From: Lama guanicoe
Taxonomy: Eukaryota
Length of the DNA: 64,000 nt
NCBI GenBank assembly: GCA_013239625.1
Contig: MU053792.1
Span: 1,134,112 to 1,198,111, forward strand
Direction: 5' to 3'
A program made the translations under genes and the position numbers. How positions within the stretch are numbered: position 1 is the first letter of the stretch; each line of letters opens with the position of its first letter. The notes under the pieces are model-generated. The model had not been told where the DNA came from, made no database searches, and was given only the letters and a program-made list of their open reading frames with translations. This document shows positions 13,826 to 26,805 of this stretch, in pieces.

Positions 13826-15625
13826 GTAAGATTTTACAATTTCTCTGACTTTTTCCTAAAAAATATGAACTAATGTTGAGTTTGTTATTTATTGATGGAA
13901 ATAATCATTTGGTTTATATTAGGTTAGTGGTTTTGACTTTTTTTTTTTAAATATATAGACTTTAGACGTGTTTTTCAGTATCCTTAAGATCATCTGGGAT
14001 TTTACAGAAATGTTTTAAAAGCACTTTACCTACTTTTTCTAATTCAAATACACTTAAATATTGCAAAGAAAAAATGTTGGTAATACTGTCCTAGTAGTTA
14101 TATTTTCGGTAGGAATTTAAGATAGGCGCTGTCTTGGTCATCTTATAGTGGTTCATTTCCTGGTGATCTGAGGCTGTCTTGAATATAAGGGTTCCAAGTC
14201 AAAGGTACTGAGTAGTGGAATTAGCTGTCACATTAAACTCCTCCCCCTTTTTATAGCACTCTCCTAAATTATTCCCAAAGTTACAGTGTCAGACGTGACA
14301 TTCTGGCATAACATCAATTATTTCAATTAAAATCTATTTTTACTTTCTTTTGCTGTTAATTGGTAAGTTGAGAAATTTTTTAAAAAAGAAACCTCAGGGT
14401 CTTGACTCTCAGCCTACATACAGTTGTAATTCTGTTGAAGTATTTATTTAAGGAATACTGATAACTGTTACAATAATCGAAATATATGCACGTTACGTTA
14501 CTATTTTTAGGGAATCTGCATGAGAGAAGCTGGTATGATCAGTATGTTGGCATCATTACCTCTAGGGAAGAAGCTCCCTCTACAGATCATGCCTTTGATA
14601 GATTAAAAAAGATGAAAATTCTTCATAAATTAATCTTTCTTTAAAAGGGATGACCTGTTAAACTTGACCCCTGTTATCTGAAGATGTTCTGACCCAGGTT
14701 ATCTGTCCTTGTGTGCTCAAGTCTCAGCATTACCCTTTCTGCAAGTACCTTATTTTCAATAGAGCTTTATATTTTTTAGTAACATTTGCACATGGCAGTA
14801 ATTTCTGTTTCCCTAGACGCAGCAATGTCCTTTAGGCAGCAGTGACAGAAAAGGGCAAGGGTACTGCTCAGAAGGCCTGGCTGGGTTTCAGGCCCAGGTC
14901 TACCATTTAACCTGTGTTGTAAGCTTGCATACATTGATGGATCTTCCTGAGCCTCAGTTTCCCCATCTGTAGAATTGAGATAACAACCATATCAGCTTAG
15001 TTGTGAGACAGAAATCATATTAAATGGTTACTGACCTTGTCATATCAGGTGGAAGATGTGAGTACTGTCTTTACTAGAATGTATAGACAGACTGTTAGAG
15101 ATGGTCCATGCTCGGTTGAGTTGTGAACAAGGCTTCCATCAGAGTGTAAGATAGAGGTTAAATTTAGTGCTGAGTGAATCATTTCTTAATGAAGGGTTGC
15201 ATCTCTGTGGTTACGAGAGTCTTACGCCCTCTACTAGAGTATTTCTCAGAAGTTTGCTTGGTGGTCCCTCCCTATCAGAATAACCCACCTGCCTGTTAAA
15301 GTTATGTACCTGGGGATCCTTTTCATGTCATCTACTGAGTCAGAATTGTTGAATGTGTGACTCAGTAAATCCTCATTTTAAACAAATGTAGGTTACTGTT
15401 ATCTACAAAAAGTTTGAGAATCACATTATTTCATATTTTTCTTGATTTTATTATATTGGCAACACTAATACAAGAAGTAAAAACAGTTATCTAGAACTCC
15501 TACTGTGTTGTAATTTAATGTTACTGAGATCTAATCATCGATTTCTTATTTTCCTAGTTACAAAATTGACCGTAAGATCAATACGCAGTGTAACATTCAG
15601 GTAATCTAATTTTTTTCCCTTTTAG

Positions 15626-15790
15626 GTTACATCTCAAGATGATTCTAAACCAACCCAGAGGCAGTTTACCGTTCTCAGCTTTAATGATTTAATATCATCT
15701 GCTGTCCCTATGACTGCTGAAGATCCTTCCTTTTGGGACTGTTTTTGCTTCACAGAAGAAATTCCAATACGAAATGGTACAAAGTCATGA
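15626..15790 (+). CDS. AASDHPPT: AASDHPPT terminal coding exon
   Basis: ttttag|GTT...TCA TGA. Translates VTSQDDSKPTQRQFTVLSFNDLISSAVPMTAEDPSFWDCFCFTEEIPIRNGTKS*, matching the AASDHPPT C-terminus. The 3' UTR end was not determined. Confidence 0.96.
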   Translation, partial: VTSQDDSKPTQRQFTVLSFNDLISSAVPMTAEDPSFWDCFCFTEEIPIRNGTKS

Positions 15791-18034
15791 TGTGATTTTC
15801 TTGGTAACAAAGGGAAATGAAAACTATTCTTCTGTAGTCACTAAAAAAAAAAAATCAATGCCTGATAGTATAAGTTTTGTTTCACAAAACAGTTTAAAAA
15901 AGAAAAAAACTTTTCCCATTAAAAGGGCAGACTCCCAGGTCAAGATAGCTCACTAGAATTCACGTTGACCCCTTCTCCCTCCCCAAAGTCACATAGCATC
16001 GACTGAAAACATAGAGATCGGTGGCAGATTCTTAAAGTGATGCATGTTCGTTGTAGGGAAAAAATAGAAAATGCAGATATGCAAGAAGGAAATAATTGAA
16101 TTCCTTTCTTTCAGAGATAACAGTTTCAGAGGTAATTATTCCTAAAACCTGGAGTATCTTTCCAGACCTTTTTCTTGGCAAGAAATCCATATTGATATAC
16201 TTGTTTTTTGTTTTTGGGGTGTTTTCATGGGAGCATACTGTTTTTAATTTTTTTTCTCTTAGCTGTACATCTACTGTTTATAAATAGAATTCTGTAGCAT
16301 AACTTTTAGTGGCTCTAAAGTAATCTGTTGTACGGTCATTATCAGGATGTTTTTGACCAGGGGTAACATTCATATATGATTGACTTAAGTAACCAGTGAC
16401 ATTTATTGTCTCACATGACATATAGGTCAGAGGTGTGGTCATTAAGGACTTTTTTTTGCCTCAGTCTCAGTTTATCAGTTTTGCCTCAGGCTTGTCTCCT
16501 TCATGGTCACAAGAGGTGCTGATGTAACTTACGGCTTCACATCTTCATAAAAATTGCATCAAAAAGGCAGGAAAGATTGTCCTTTCGCATCTCAGTTTCG
16601 TCAGTGAGGAAGACCTTTCCCTCTTAAGCAGCCCCGGTAGATGTCCCCAAAGTTTCTGTTGACTCAGATCAGGTCATTGCAAAAGCTGAACGCAGACACT
16701 TTTGGCCTCTGTGGGAAGTGGACTCCTGGTGAGGAGGCAGCCAGGGCAGGGTGTGGGGAGTGACGCGGGGTGGGGGGGCGCTGCAGGTCCCCGGGGAGGC
16801 GTGCCGGTTTGCCCGTTCTTCCCTCTGTCAGGCGTGGTGAGTGTCTGTTCTTTTTACTGTGAACAGTGGTGCACTGAATACCTTTGTAACCACATCTTGA
16901 AGTACGTGTTTAATTATGTCCTTAAGAAAGTAGATTTCTAGAAGTGGAATCATTGGTTCAAAAGGATTAAACATTTTTACGGCTTTGATAAATACTGCCA
17001 AACTGTTCTCTAAAAAGGCTGTACCCTTTACACTGCCAGCTAGTGTTCTGTGTGCCCCTCTCTCACCGCCCCCCATACTCCTGCCCGTGTATAGATACTG
17101 TTTTTTTTTTAATGTAATCTTGGCCAATATAGGTGGAAAGTGGTACCTTATTTTTTAAATTTGTGTTTCTTTCATTACGAATGAGGTTAATATATCAGTG
17201 TTGTTATTGGCTGTATTCCTTTTTTATGAACTGCTCGTTCAGTGTCACCGCCTGTTCTCTTTTTAGTAAATAGGACTTAATTTAAAGTGGGAACATAGTG
17301 TAAAAGATGCCAAGACCTTCATACTGCTGACAGGACGGTATGGTTGTAGCGCATGTCTTGGGGAGTTAAAGTCTTGTTATTCTTAAATGTCAAGAAATGA
17401 AATAATTTCATTGTTTCTGTTACTAAAATTAAAAGTTGTGTGTAAATTGTATAAAATGAGATACTTTGCTTAAGTAAAAAGAGAATGTTTTATGATTTTT
17501 CATTTCATTAAGCATGCCCAGATATGCCAAGCACAGTAAATTAACGTTTTTAAAAGATCAGTAGCATTTGTAATAGGCGAGACATTGTTATCCGTAGCAT
17601 GAATGTAGTGGTGATGTGAAAAGCTGTTTTCTGACTTGTCGTTATAATAATAAAATGATTTAACACTGAATTTTATGAGCCAGGTGCTATGCTTTAATTT
17701 TGTGGGGCTTTTTTTTCCTGTTATTTCTTAGTTTCACATACACACAGTTCAGAGTAGATCTATACTTGAGCTGGGAGGGACCGCAGCACTACTTCATGGC
17801 CACGTTTCGCTGAGTCTAGGCCCATCCTTTGCATTGTACCATACCGCCCAGTGTATAGCTTTATTGGTTTCTATTAATAGTTTCCTACATAGGAACTCTT
17901 GATGGGTTGACTTTAAAAAGTGGATCTGTGTATGTATGTGTGTGTGCGCATGCAAGTATTCACATACGCTTTGTTATTCAAACTCAGGAATTGAATACAT
18001 TTGGATATATTTTCAATTAAAATTCTCACATCCT

Positions 18035-18166
18035 GGGCGGGGGTATAGCTCAGTGGTAGAGTGCGTGCTTAGCATGCACAGGGTCCTATGTTCAATCCCC
18101 AGTACCTCCATTAAATAAGTAAACTTAATTACCCCTCACACACACAAAAAAAAACCCACAAAAAAA
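18035..18166 (+). mobile_element. tRNA-Ala-derived SINE, camelid Vic-1 type
   Basis: gggcgggggtatagctcagtggtagagtgcgtgcttagcatgcacagggtcctatgttcaatccccagtacctcca has A and B boxes, followed by an AT-rich body and A tail. Confidence 0.85.
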
Positions 18167-19108
18167 TTTTTTTTCACCATCCTTACTACTAAGTACCTGA
18201 AACTCAGAGACCAGTTAGATTTGGGTAACTCAGTAGCCCCCCTCCCCTCCGGCTGAAGTTCTGCCATCTGAACTTGAAAACTAAATAGATTCATACATAT
18301 ACATACACACATGTATCATTGATCAAAAACTTGCCTGGAAACAATTCCATCTAATAGCACTCAAATTTAAAGGGATGTGAATAGGGCTAATGATTATTTC
18401 ATTTTATGGGGAAGATAAATATGCCATCAGTGTTGTAGTTGGGGATTGGCAAAGAGTCTGGACATCTCTCCAGTTAATATCAGGTGACTCCCTTATCTCT
18501 GTTTATATTAGAGTATTTACCTTTGCAAGTGCCTCACCTGTATCAAGCTATTCAATCCTCATAATATAAACTTATAGAGTAAGTCCTATTATGTCCATTT
18601 TACTGATAGGGAAAAGAAGGTACTGAGATGCTAAGCAACTTAGTAAAAGATTGTACCATTGTACAGTGGACCCCATATTTGAGCCAGAAGCCTAGATCCG
18701 GAGCCTGAAGTCCGCTCTACTAAATTCACTGATAATGCTGTCAATGTTTTCATGTAAGCAATTCTGGGGCAGGGTTGATTGGGTCTGGGAGCCTTTGTTT
18801 GTAGCTTTTGAGCAGATTTCATGAAATAATGCCAGGTGTGTAACCAACACCTGGGTTTAACACAATTCTATTTTGCCATATTTACCTCACTTATTTTTTT
18901 ATCCCAAAGATGCTGCTAAATACCTCCTACCCGAGTCCTAGTCCTTTCTCTCCAGGAATAATCACTTGTAGTTTTATGAACTTAGCTACTTGTTAATGCA
19001 TCCATGGTCTCTTAAGTAGTGTTGTGTACTTATGTCGCACATTTTCCTATTAGAGTTGAAACATCAGGACTGGATGTCTGGGTATTAAAAGTGGCAACAG
19101 TGTGAGAA

Positions 19109-19630
19109 TGTTACCGAGCCCAAACATTCTGCTTGCCGCACACAGGCCAATAAATCGTGAGACAAAGTGATGGGGCAAGGAATGGCAACTTTATTCGGAA
19201 AGCCGGCAGACCAAGAGGATGGCAGAATAATGTCTTGGAGAACCATCCTCCTCCAATCAGAATACAGGCTCCTTTTACACAGAAAAATGGGGGAGGAGGT
19301 GTGGTTGGTTGGTGCAAACTTCTTGCTGCAGGAATTCTCTGTTCTTGCAGCCGTCCATGTGGGTCAGGCCATGGTGTCCCTGTAAACCTCCAACAAAACA
19401 AGGTTATTCTCTATTTTGCAACTGGCCATCTCTAGGTAAGTGCAGAATAGCTAACTAACATCCTTAAAGGTCAGAGCCCCAGAATAGGCTCTCTCTCCTG
19501 TGTATTTCAGGCTAAAGGCAACATTGTTTCACAAAAGGAGCAGAGCTGGCAAGACTAAGCCTAGAAAACAGGGCACAGTGGTTAGAACTTAAAGGAACAG
19601 ATCCAATGTGGAGTCAGATTCTCTATTACA
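19109..19630 (-). mobile_element. Solo LTR, ERV1 type
   Basis: TG...CA termini, 4-bp TSD AGAA (19105-19108, 19631-19634), TTTATT (minus-strand AATAAA) at ~19190. Reverse-complement similar to 20396-20910 and 54666-55065. Confidence 0.85.
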
Positions 19631-19789
19631 AGAATGCTCAGCTCACTTAGGCAGAAACTTCTCAAAGGAGATTATACGTACCCCTAGGGATAGGCAGTCA
19701 CCCTTAGGAGTTAAAATAAGACACCTAGAGGCATTCATTTTATCTAAATTTTTGGAAAGAATCTTTTTTCCTGTTTTTTTTTTTAATTG

Positions 19790-19955
19790 AGGTATAGTCA
19801 GTTTACAATGTTGTGTCAGTCTCTGGTGTACAGCACAATTCAGTCCAACATGAATATACATATATTCATTTTCTTACTCTTTTTCACCATGAGCTACTAC
19901 AAGGTATTGAATATATTTCCCTGTGCTATGCAGTATAGACTTGTTTATCTGTTTT
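19790..19955 (-). mobile_element. Short L1 3' terminus
   Basis: Poly(T) then aattgaggtatagtcagtttacaatgttgtgtca. Same family as 22375-22808 and 25660-26600. Confidence 0.75.
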
Positions 19956-20395
19956 AAGATCTTTGCTTTTGTTATGAGTTTAACGTATGTTCTTGATGAC
20001 ATGCCAGAGTTCTGTTGGTGAAAACCATCATAGGGTTTAAAAGCCAGTTGTTTATAGTGAAGAGAATATCATTCTCTTTGGATGTAGCTGATTGTTTAAA
20101 ACAGAAACTAATACTTTATTCATAGACTTTATATTTTAGAGTGAGCTTTGCTTTAAAATATACTTCATATTTACATTGAAAATTTTAATTCCACTGGATA
20201 GGAGTCATGCAATCATTAAACTGACAGTCAATACTTTTGATACGTAAGATGGAAAAACTATAGATCACAGCGTGACTACCACTAACTCTTAGATTTCATT
20301 TGGCATTTCCAAACCACTGCTCTGAGTTCCTTGATGTTGCCACTTAATGGTCACTTTTAAATTGGCATTAGGGGTGCTTTTAAGCTGTGTATAAG

Positions 20396-20910
20396 TGTAA
20401 CAGAAAAAAAAAAAATCTGACTCCATATTAAGATCTGTTCCTTTGCCTTTAAGCCTGTGCCCTGCTTTCTAGACTTAGTCTTTCCAGCTCTGCACCTTTT
20501 GTAGAATAATGTTGCCTTTAGCCTGAAATATACATGAGAGCCTATTTGGAAGGCTCTGACCTTTCAGGATATTGACAATTGCACTCATATAATGATAAGT
20601 TGCAGAATAGAAAATAATATTTGTTTTGTTGGAGGTTTTACAGGGACACCATGACCTGGCCCACGTGGACAGCTGCAAGAAAGAATCCCTACAGCAAGAA
20701 GTTTGCAACAACCATCCACACTCCTCCCCTTTTTAGAAGAAAAGGAGCCTTAATTCTGACTTAGGAAAGTTGGTTCTTGAAGACATTCGTCTGCCATCCT
20801 CTCAGTCTGCCGGCTTTCCGAATAAAGTTGCTATTCCTTGCCCCAAAACCTGGTCTCCCGATTTATTGGCCTGTCATGCAGCAAGCAGAATGAGTTTGGA
20901 CTCAGTAAAG
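20396..20910 (+). mobile_element. Solo LTR, same ERV1-type family
   Basis: Starts TGTAACAG, has AATAAA at 20821 and ends ...tttggactcagtaa. Imperfect TSD taag/gaag. Confidence 0.8.
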
Positions 20911-21369
20911 GAAGCTGTTTATTAGTTTTCTCTTTCTGTGTATGTGTAGCTACTAAAAGTAAAAGACTAGACCCTTTTATCCCAATAAATTTAATTTTGT
21001 TTAAAGCAAATACAGTGTGAATGAGCTAAAGACTTTGATAATAATCAATACATTTGAAACCTGATATTAACTTAGGGACTTAAAATAGGTCTAAAATAAA
21101 CTGGTAGACAATAAAATACTTCCAGTGCATGGTAATTAAAACAAAGAGATAGCCTGAATCTTTTAAGCATAAATTTATTAGCTCTATTAGCTCAAAAATT
21201 CACTCAAATTAGGCTTTTGCTCCATTCTGCCACTGAAGTTTTTTTCCCCCCCACACAGAAGACCTTCATATTGCCAAGTCCTTCGGACAACAGTAGCCTT
21301 CACTCTTCATTCTCACTGCTCATCTTACTTGACCCATCAGCAATATTTACCTCAATGCAAATGCTCTGT

Positions 21370-21730
21370 GTTAGGGACTGGATGTCCGGGTGACCCCCAT
21401 TCATATACTGGAACTATGCCTTCCAATATGATCATATTCAGAGGGGGGCCTTTTGAAGGGGGTGGTGATTAGAATTCGGTGAGATCAAGAAGGTGGTGAC
21501 CTTATGGATGAGTGCCTTTATGAAAAATCATGAGAGAACTTGCTCCCTTTCTCTGCTTCTGCCATGTGAGCATACAAGACATCTGTACCCAGAGAGGACT
21601 CTCGCCAGAACCTGCCCGTGCCTGCATCCTAATCTTGCACTTCCAAATTCCAGAACTGTGAGAAATAAGTTTGTGTTGTTTATAAGCCACCCAGCCTATG
21701 GTCTTCTGCTATAGGAACCAGAACTAGGAT
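21370..21730 (+). mobile_element. MaLR LTR (MLT1-like)
   Basis: ccagaactgtgagaaataa..tgttgtttataagccacccagcctatggt is the typical MLT1/MST 3' motif. Confidence 0.75.
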
Positions 21731-22374
21731 ACCCTCTTTGATACAGCATCTTCACCTGGATCCCAGGAGACAGTGCCAGTCAAGTTTCCTCCTGCTCATT
21801 CGTCATCTTCTCTCAGTCTCCTTTCCTGATTCCTTTTATCTCCCCAAACCCTAAATTTTAGAGGCTCCCAGGTCTCAGTCCTCAGGTCTCTCCTCTCCTC
21901 TTTCTATTACGACTGTCTTTAAATACACTGATGGTCCCCAAATCTAAGTCTCCAGCCCAAACTGCTCTGCTGAATTCCAGGCTCCTCCTCTTTCTCTACT
22001 TAAAATCCTCACTTGGATGACCCACCCACAACACATTACGTTCAAAACCAAAATCTTGTCCTCTTTAAAACTTTTCTCAGTCCTCAGTCATCTCCCCATA
22101 GTAAATATAAATTCTATTTTTTCAAATGACTGGGTTAAAAATCTTGGAGTTCCCCTAAGTCCTGACTTTCTCTTATACCCCACATTTATAGACAGTCCAT
22201 CAGCAAGTAGCATTGGCCATCCTTTTAAAGTATCTGTAAATCAGACTACTTTTCATTATCTCCAAAATTACCATTCTTCATGTGGAATATCGCAGCAGCC
22301 TTGTTGGTATCCTTGTTTTTGTCTATTTAACTCAAAATTTTACTTTTTAACAAAAAGAGAAAATGATCCTTTTA

Positions 22375-22808
22375 TTTTTTTTTAATTGAAGTATAGTCAG
22401 TTTACAATGTTATGTCAATTTCTGGTGTACAGCACTATTCTTCAGTCAAACATTAATATATATATTTTCATGTTCTTTTTCACCGTGAGCTACTACAAGA
22501 TACTGAATTTATTTCCCTGTGCTATACAATATGAACATGTTTATCTATTTTATATATACCTGTCGGTATCTACAAATCTCGAACTCCCTGTCTGTCCCTT
22601 CCCACCCCTCTCCTCACTGGCAACGACAAGTCTGTATTCTGTCTGTGAGTCTGTTTCTGTTTTGATATAAATTCATTTGTCTTTTTTTTTAAGATTCTAC
22701 ATATGAGTGATATCATATGATATTTTTCTTTCCCTTTCTGGCTTACTTCATTTAGAATGACATCCTCTAGGGCCATCCATGTTGCTACAAATGGCATTAT
22801 TTTATCAC
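22375..22808 (-). mobile_element. L1 3' end with TSD
   Basis: Minus ORF MPFVATWMALEDVILNEVSQKGKEKYHMISL. TSD AAAATGATCCTTTT at 22360-22373 and 22809-22822. Confidence 0.9.
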
Positions 22809-25659
22809 AAAATGATCCTTTTAAAACTTAAGTATGATTATATGCCTCTTTCATTCAAAACTCCACATGGTCTCCCAAACTTCTCAGACTGAAAACCAAA
22901 GCCATTATCATGGCTTACGGGACCTTACATTGTCTGCCTCCACCCTTGCTACTTCTTTGACCTTATCTTCTACACTGTCTCCCTCTCTGACTCTGCTCCA
23001 CCTATACTGACCTCCTTTCTCTTCTTCAAATACACCAAGCAAGTTTCTTCTACCTCAGGAACTTTGCAAGAAGCTCAGAGAACGTTTCCCCAGCTATACA
23101 CATGGATCAGCCCCTTACCTCCCTCTGGCCCTTGGGCAAATGTTATCTGGTCAATAAAGCCTTGTCAGCATCCTAACTGAAAAGACGCCTTCTTTTGTAA
23201 TTGCTATCCCCCATACCCATGTATTTTTCCCACAGCACTCATTATGCTCTGATACATTAATTACATCATTTTGCTGAGGTTTCTGGGATATTATCTGTCC
23301 CCTGATCCCCCATTAAATATCAGCTCCATGAGAGCAAAGATTGTAGCCTGTTTTGTTCATGGCTACATCCCTATTGCTTTGCTCGGTAAGTATTTGTTGA
23401 AATACTGAACACCTTTATAGCTTTATGTTATTAACTTTTCTCTGAGATGTCTTGAATGTTGTTTAGCAATTTTTTAATCTTCTGTAGTACAGCATTCTAC
23501 CAGAGAGATTTCCCTTTCGTATGAAAGCAGCTTCTAGTTGCTTTTATTAAAATAATAGTCACTAACACTCACATTGTGCTTACCCTGGCCTGAATGCTTT
23601 GCCTATAATAGTTACAGGCAGTATAACAACCCCACAGAGTAGGAGCTATTTTAACATCTATTTTACAATGAGTTGACAAAGAAAGTTTAAAATACACAGT
23701 GAGTAAGTGGTGGAGCCAGGGTATTTCAAACCTAGAGAGTGTGGCTGTGAAGTCTGGGCTTTCAACCATAGTGCTGTACAGCTTAGAGACAGAAGCTCAC
23801 TGTCAAGCAGGTCTGCAGAAGAGGTAAATAGACACTGGCCTGTGATTTAGGGAAGCCAGCCCCTTCTAGAGTTGGAGTCAGAGTGTTCTTTAAAAGGACT
23901 GGGTAAGTTTGTGTAAGAGTATGAGTATTTGTATTCGTGTATGAGTATGTGGGCATTCTAGGGGGACAAGAACTATGAGTTGATACTCTGGTGAACTAGA
24001 ATGATGGGAAAAGTGGATGATTCTTACTGTCGTGGTGAGAGACTGAACCAGAAACAGCTTTGAGTTGTGGCAGGGGCAGTGGTTCTGCTTCCGTGAGGCA
24101 GCATGTCCTGGGCGTGGTCCTGACTCAGCCAACTTGCTCTTCAGGAAATTTAGTAACTAGGCAGGTGAACCCCCCCCCCAAAAATGGCTCCAGAAAAACC
24201 TCAAAACCTTTGGGCCCATCAGGGCAGGAAGTCATTTCAACCGAATCTATAATTCCCTCACAAAGCCTCTGAAGAGTTTCTCTTACAGAACTGCCGTCCC
24301 CAACAGTCCTCTCTTTAGTTCTTACTATTATTTCTGACATGTTTCACCTCACAGCAAGAACGCCACAGTCACCAGCCCCTAAGGAGACTGGAATTCTGCA
24401 AACTGACTTGAGCATACCACCCTGGAGCTGCCTACGCCTTATGAATGTGCGTAGGGCAGGGGCTGACGGAGCACTGAGCCCTGGCGTCCTCTCTGAGCGT
24501 GACGCTGGGGAGTGGACGCCTCCACCCTCAGAGGATCTTCACAGCTGTGATAAGATGCTATCTTACTCCTGTAACTACAGAGATCCAGTTACCGTGCTCC
24601 CAGAACAGCCTGCTGAAGCCAACTTTAAATGTCCAGCTGCCATAATCTACTTAGCAAATTGGTTTAGGGCAAAACTGAAATCCAGTCCTGCTTTTGACGT
24701 ATAAAAGAGGAGAGAGCCTACGAGAGATGTGGAGTGAGTCCGAACTTCCTGTCCCACCTGACAGGTGCTAACGCCAAGCACAGCATTGACAGGGACCCTT
24801 TAATTGGACTCAGACCTGTGACCAGCTACACTTCGCAGTCCATCACAAATATGATCTTATTGATTTTCTTCAGATTAAATTTTAAAGCGCTGTTTCAGCA
24901 TTCCCTTGCCTTGATCATAATTTGTATGTTGTTATTTCTGGATTGATATCTCTGTCTCCCCCCACAAGCCAGTAAATTCCTCAAGGATGGGAAGCATTTC
25001 ATGTTGTTCTTCATACAATGCGACTTACTTATCTGTGCCTAACATTACAGAACTCTCACTGCATGCTTGATCATTGAAGGGCTGAATGAATAAGTACATG
25101 GATGGAAAGAGAATATGTCTCTTTTTCAGATTATGTTATTGCTACCAGTTACACATTTTCTCTTAAAACCTTTATCAAAAATGGTATATGGAAGGACGAA
25201 TTTGTGGCAGATATTTTAGGATAATCACTTTCAAAAAACATGTTTCCTTCATGCAAAGAAGGAATCTAACACAAATATGTTAAAGCAATTGAGTTGAATT
25301 TATGCAACAGAGGAAATCAACGTTAGTGGAAACAGTACACGAGTTTATTGTCCCATTTTTTGCCACTGAACTTGAACAAGGACTGTGACTTCCAAAGCCC
25401 CTTCTGGCTTTTCAATTCTCTAGTTCCGTGAATTTATGGGTGGAAGTCAGCTACAAATATATTTCCCAATTAAATTAGTGAAAGTGCAAGCAAAAACACC
25501 CCTCAAAGCACAGTGCATGTCTCTAAACAACCAAAGAATAAGAACAATTCTGTCAGACTCTTTTGGAGATGGATTATTTTGCAATTCTAGCACCAGTCTC
25601 AGAAAAAGCTATTGCTTGACTATTTGACTCATGATGGATCTACATGGAAACCCGTCTAC

Positions 25660-26600
25660 TTTTTTTTAATGAGTTATAGTCAGTTTACAATGTGATGTCA
25701 ATTTCTGGGGTACAGCACAATGCTTCAATCACACATGAATATACACATACTCATTTTCATACTGTTTTTCACCATAATCTACTATAAGATATTGAATATA
25801 TTTTCTTGTTCTATACACTATAAACTTGGTTATCTATTTTACATATACCAGTCAGTATCTGCAAACCTCCCCCTGGCAGCCACAAGTCTGTATTCTAAAT
25901 GTGTGAGTCTGTTTCTGTTTACATATAAGTTCATTTGTCTTTTTTATTTTAGATTCCACATATGAATGGTATCATATGGTATTTGTCTTTCTCTTTCTGG
26001 CTTACTTCACTTAGAATGACACTCTCTAGGGCCATCCATGTTGCTGCAAATAACATTATTTTATCATTTTTATGGCTGAATAGTACTCCATTGTATAAAT
26101 ATACCACTGCTTCTTTATCCAGTCATCTGTCAGTGGACATTTAGGTTATGTCCATGTCTTGGCTGTTGTAAATAGTGCTGGTATGAACATTGGGGTGCAA
26201 GTGCCTTTTTGAATTAAGGTTCCCTCTGGATATATGCCAAGGAGTGGGATTCCTGGGTCATATGGTAAGTCTATTCCTAGTCTTTTGAGAAGTCTCCAAA
26301 CTGTTTTCCACAGTGGCTGCCCCAAACTGCATTCCCACCAGCCGTGTAGGGGGGGTTCCCTTTTCTCCACAGTTTCTCCAGCATTTGTCATTGGTGGACG
26401 TTTGAATGATGGCCATTCTGACTGGTGTGAGGTGATACCTCATTATAGTTTTGATTTGCATTTCTCTGATAATTAGTGATACTGAGCATTTTTTTATGTG
26501 CCTATTGGCCATTTGTATATCTTTTGGAGAAATGCTTGTTTAGGTCTTCTGCCCATTTTTGGATTGGGTTGTTTGTTTTTTCCTTATTAAGTTGTATGAG
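25660..26600 (-). mobile_element. L1 3' fragment (ORF2 C-terminus and 3'UTR)
   Basis: Minus ORFs ..[25 protein letters not shown].. and ..[29 protein letters not shown].. are L1 ORF2p C-terminal motifs. Confidence 0.92.
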
Positions 26601-26805
26601 TTAATTTCCTTTCTGATACTTCTTTCAACCTGGGTCCAGGGGATTTTGGTTTTGCCTCGAGGTAGGAAGAAACGGGGAAAGTCTGGCTCTTACAACTTCA
26701 TGTGCTGCCCTGAATCAGGTTTATTGTCTTCGAACTGAGTTCATTTCAATTCCTCCTCATCCACCCCATTCTCCAAGTCCAAGCAGATGATCAACAAATG
26801 CAGAC

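Larger units (their letters stand above)
21220..23410 (+). mobile_element. Old L2 LINE remnant interrupted by a MaLR LTR and an L1 3' end
   Basis: Pyrimidine-rich L2-like motifs, ending agctccatgagagcaaaga..gtaagtatttgttgaa. Boundaries approximate. Confidence 0.65.

Noticed and set aside
15915..17660. AASDHPPT polyadenylation site
   Set aside because: Several ATTAAA/AATAAA hexamers (~15918, ~17428, ~17648) in AT-rich DNA. One cannot be chosen without transcript data.
18035..18110. tRNA-Ala gene
   Set aside because: Continues into a SINE body and A tail, and has a diverged antisense sibling with a TSD at 49554-49707, so it is a SINE head.
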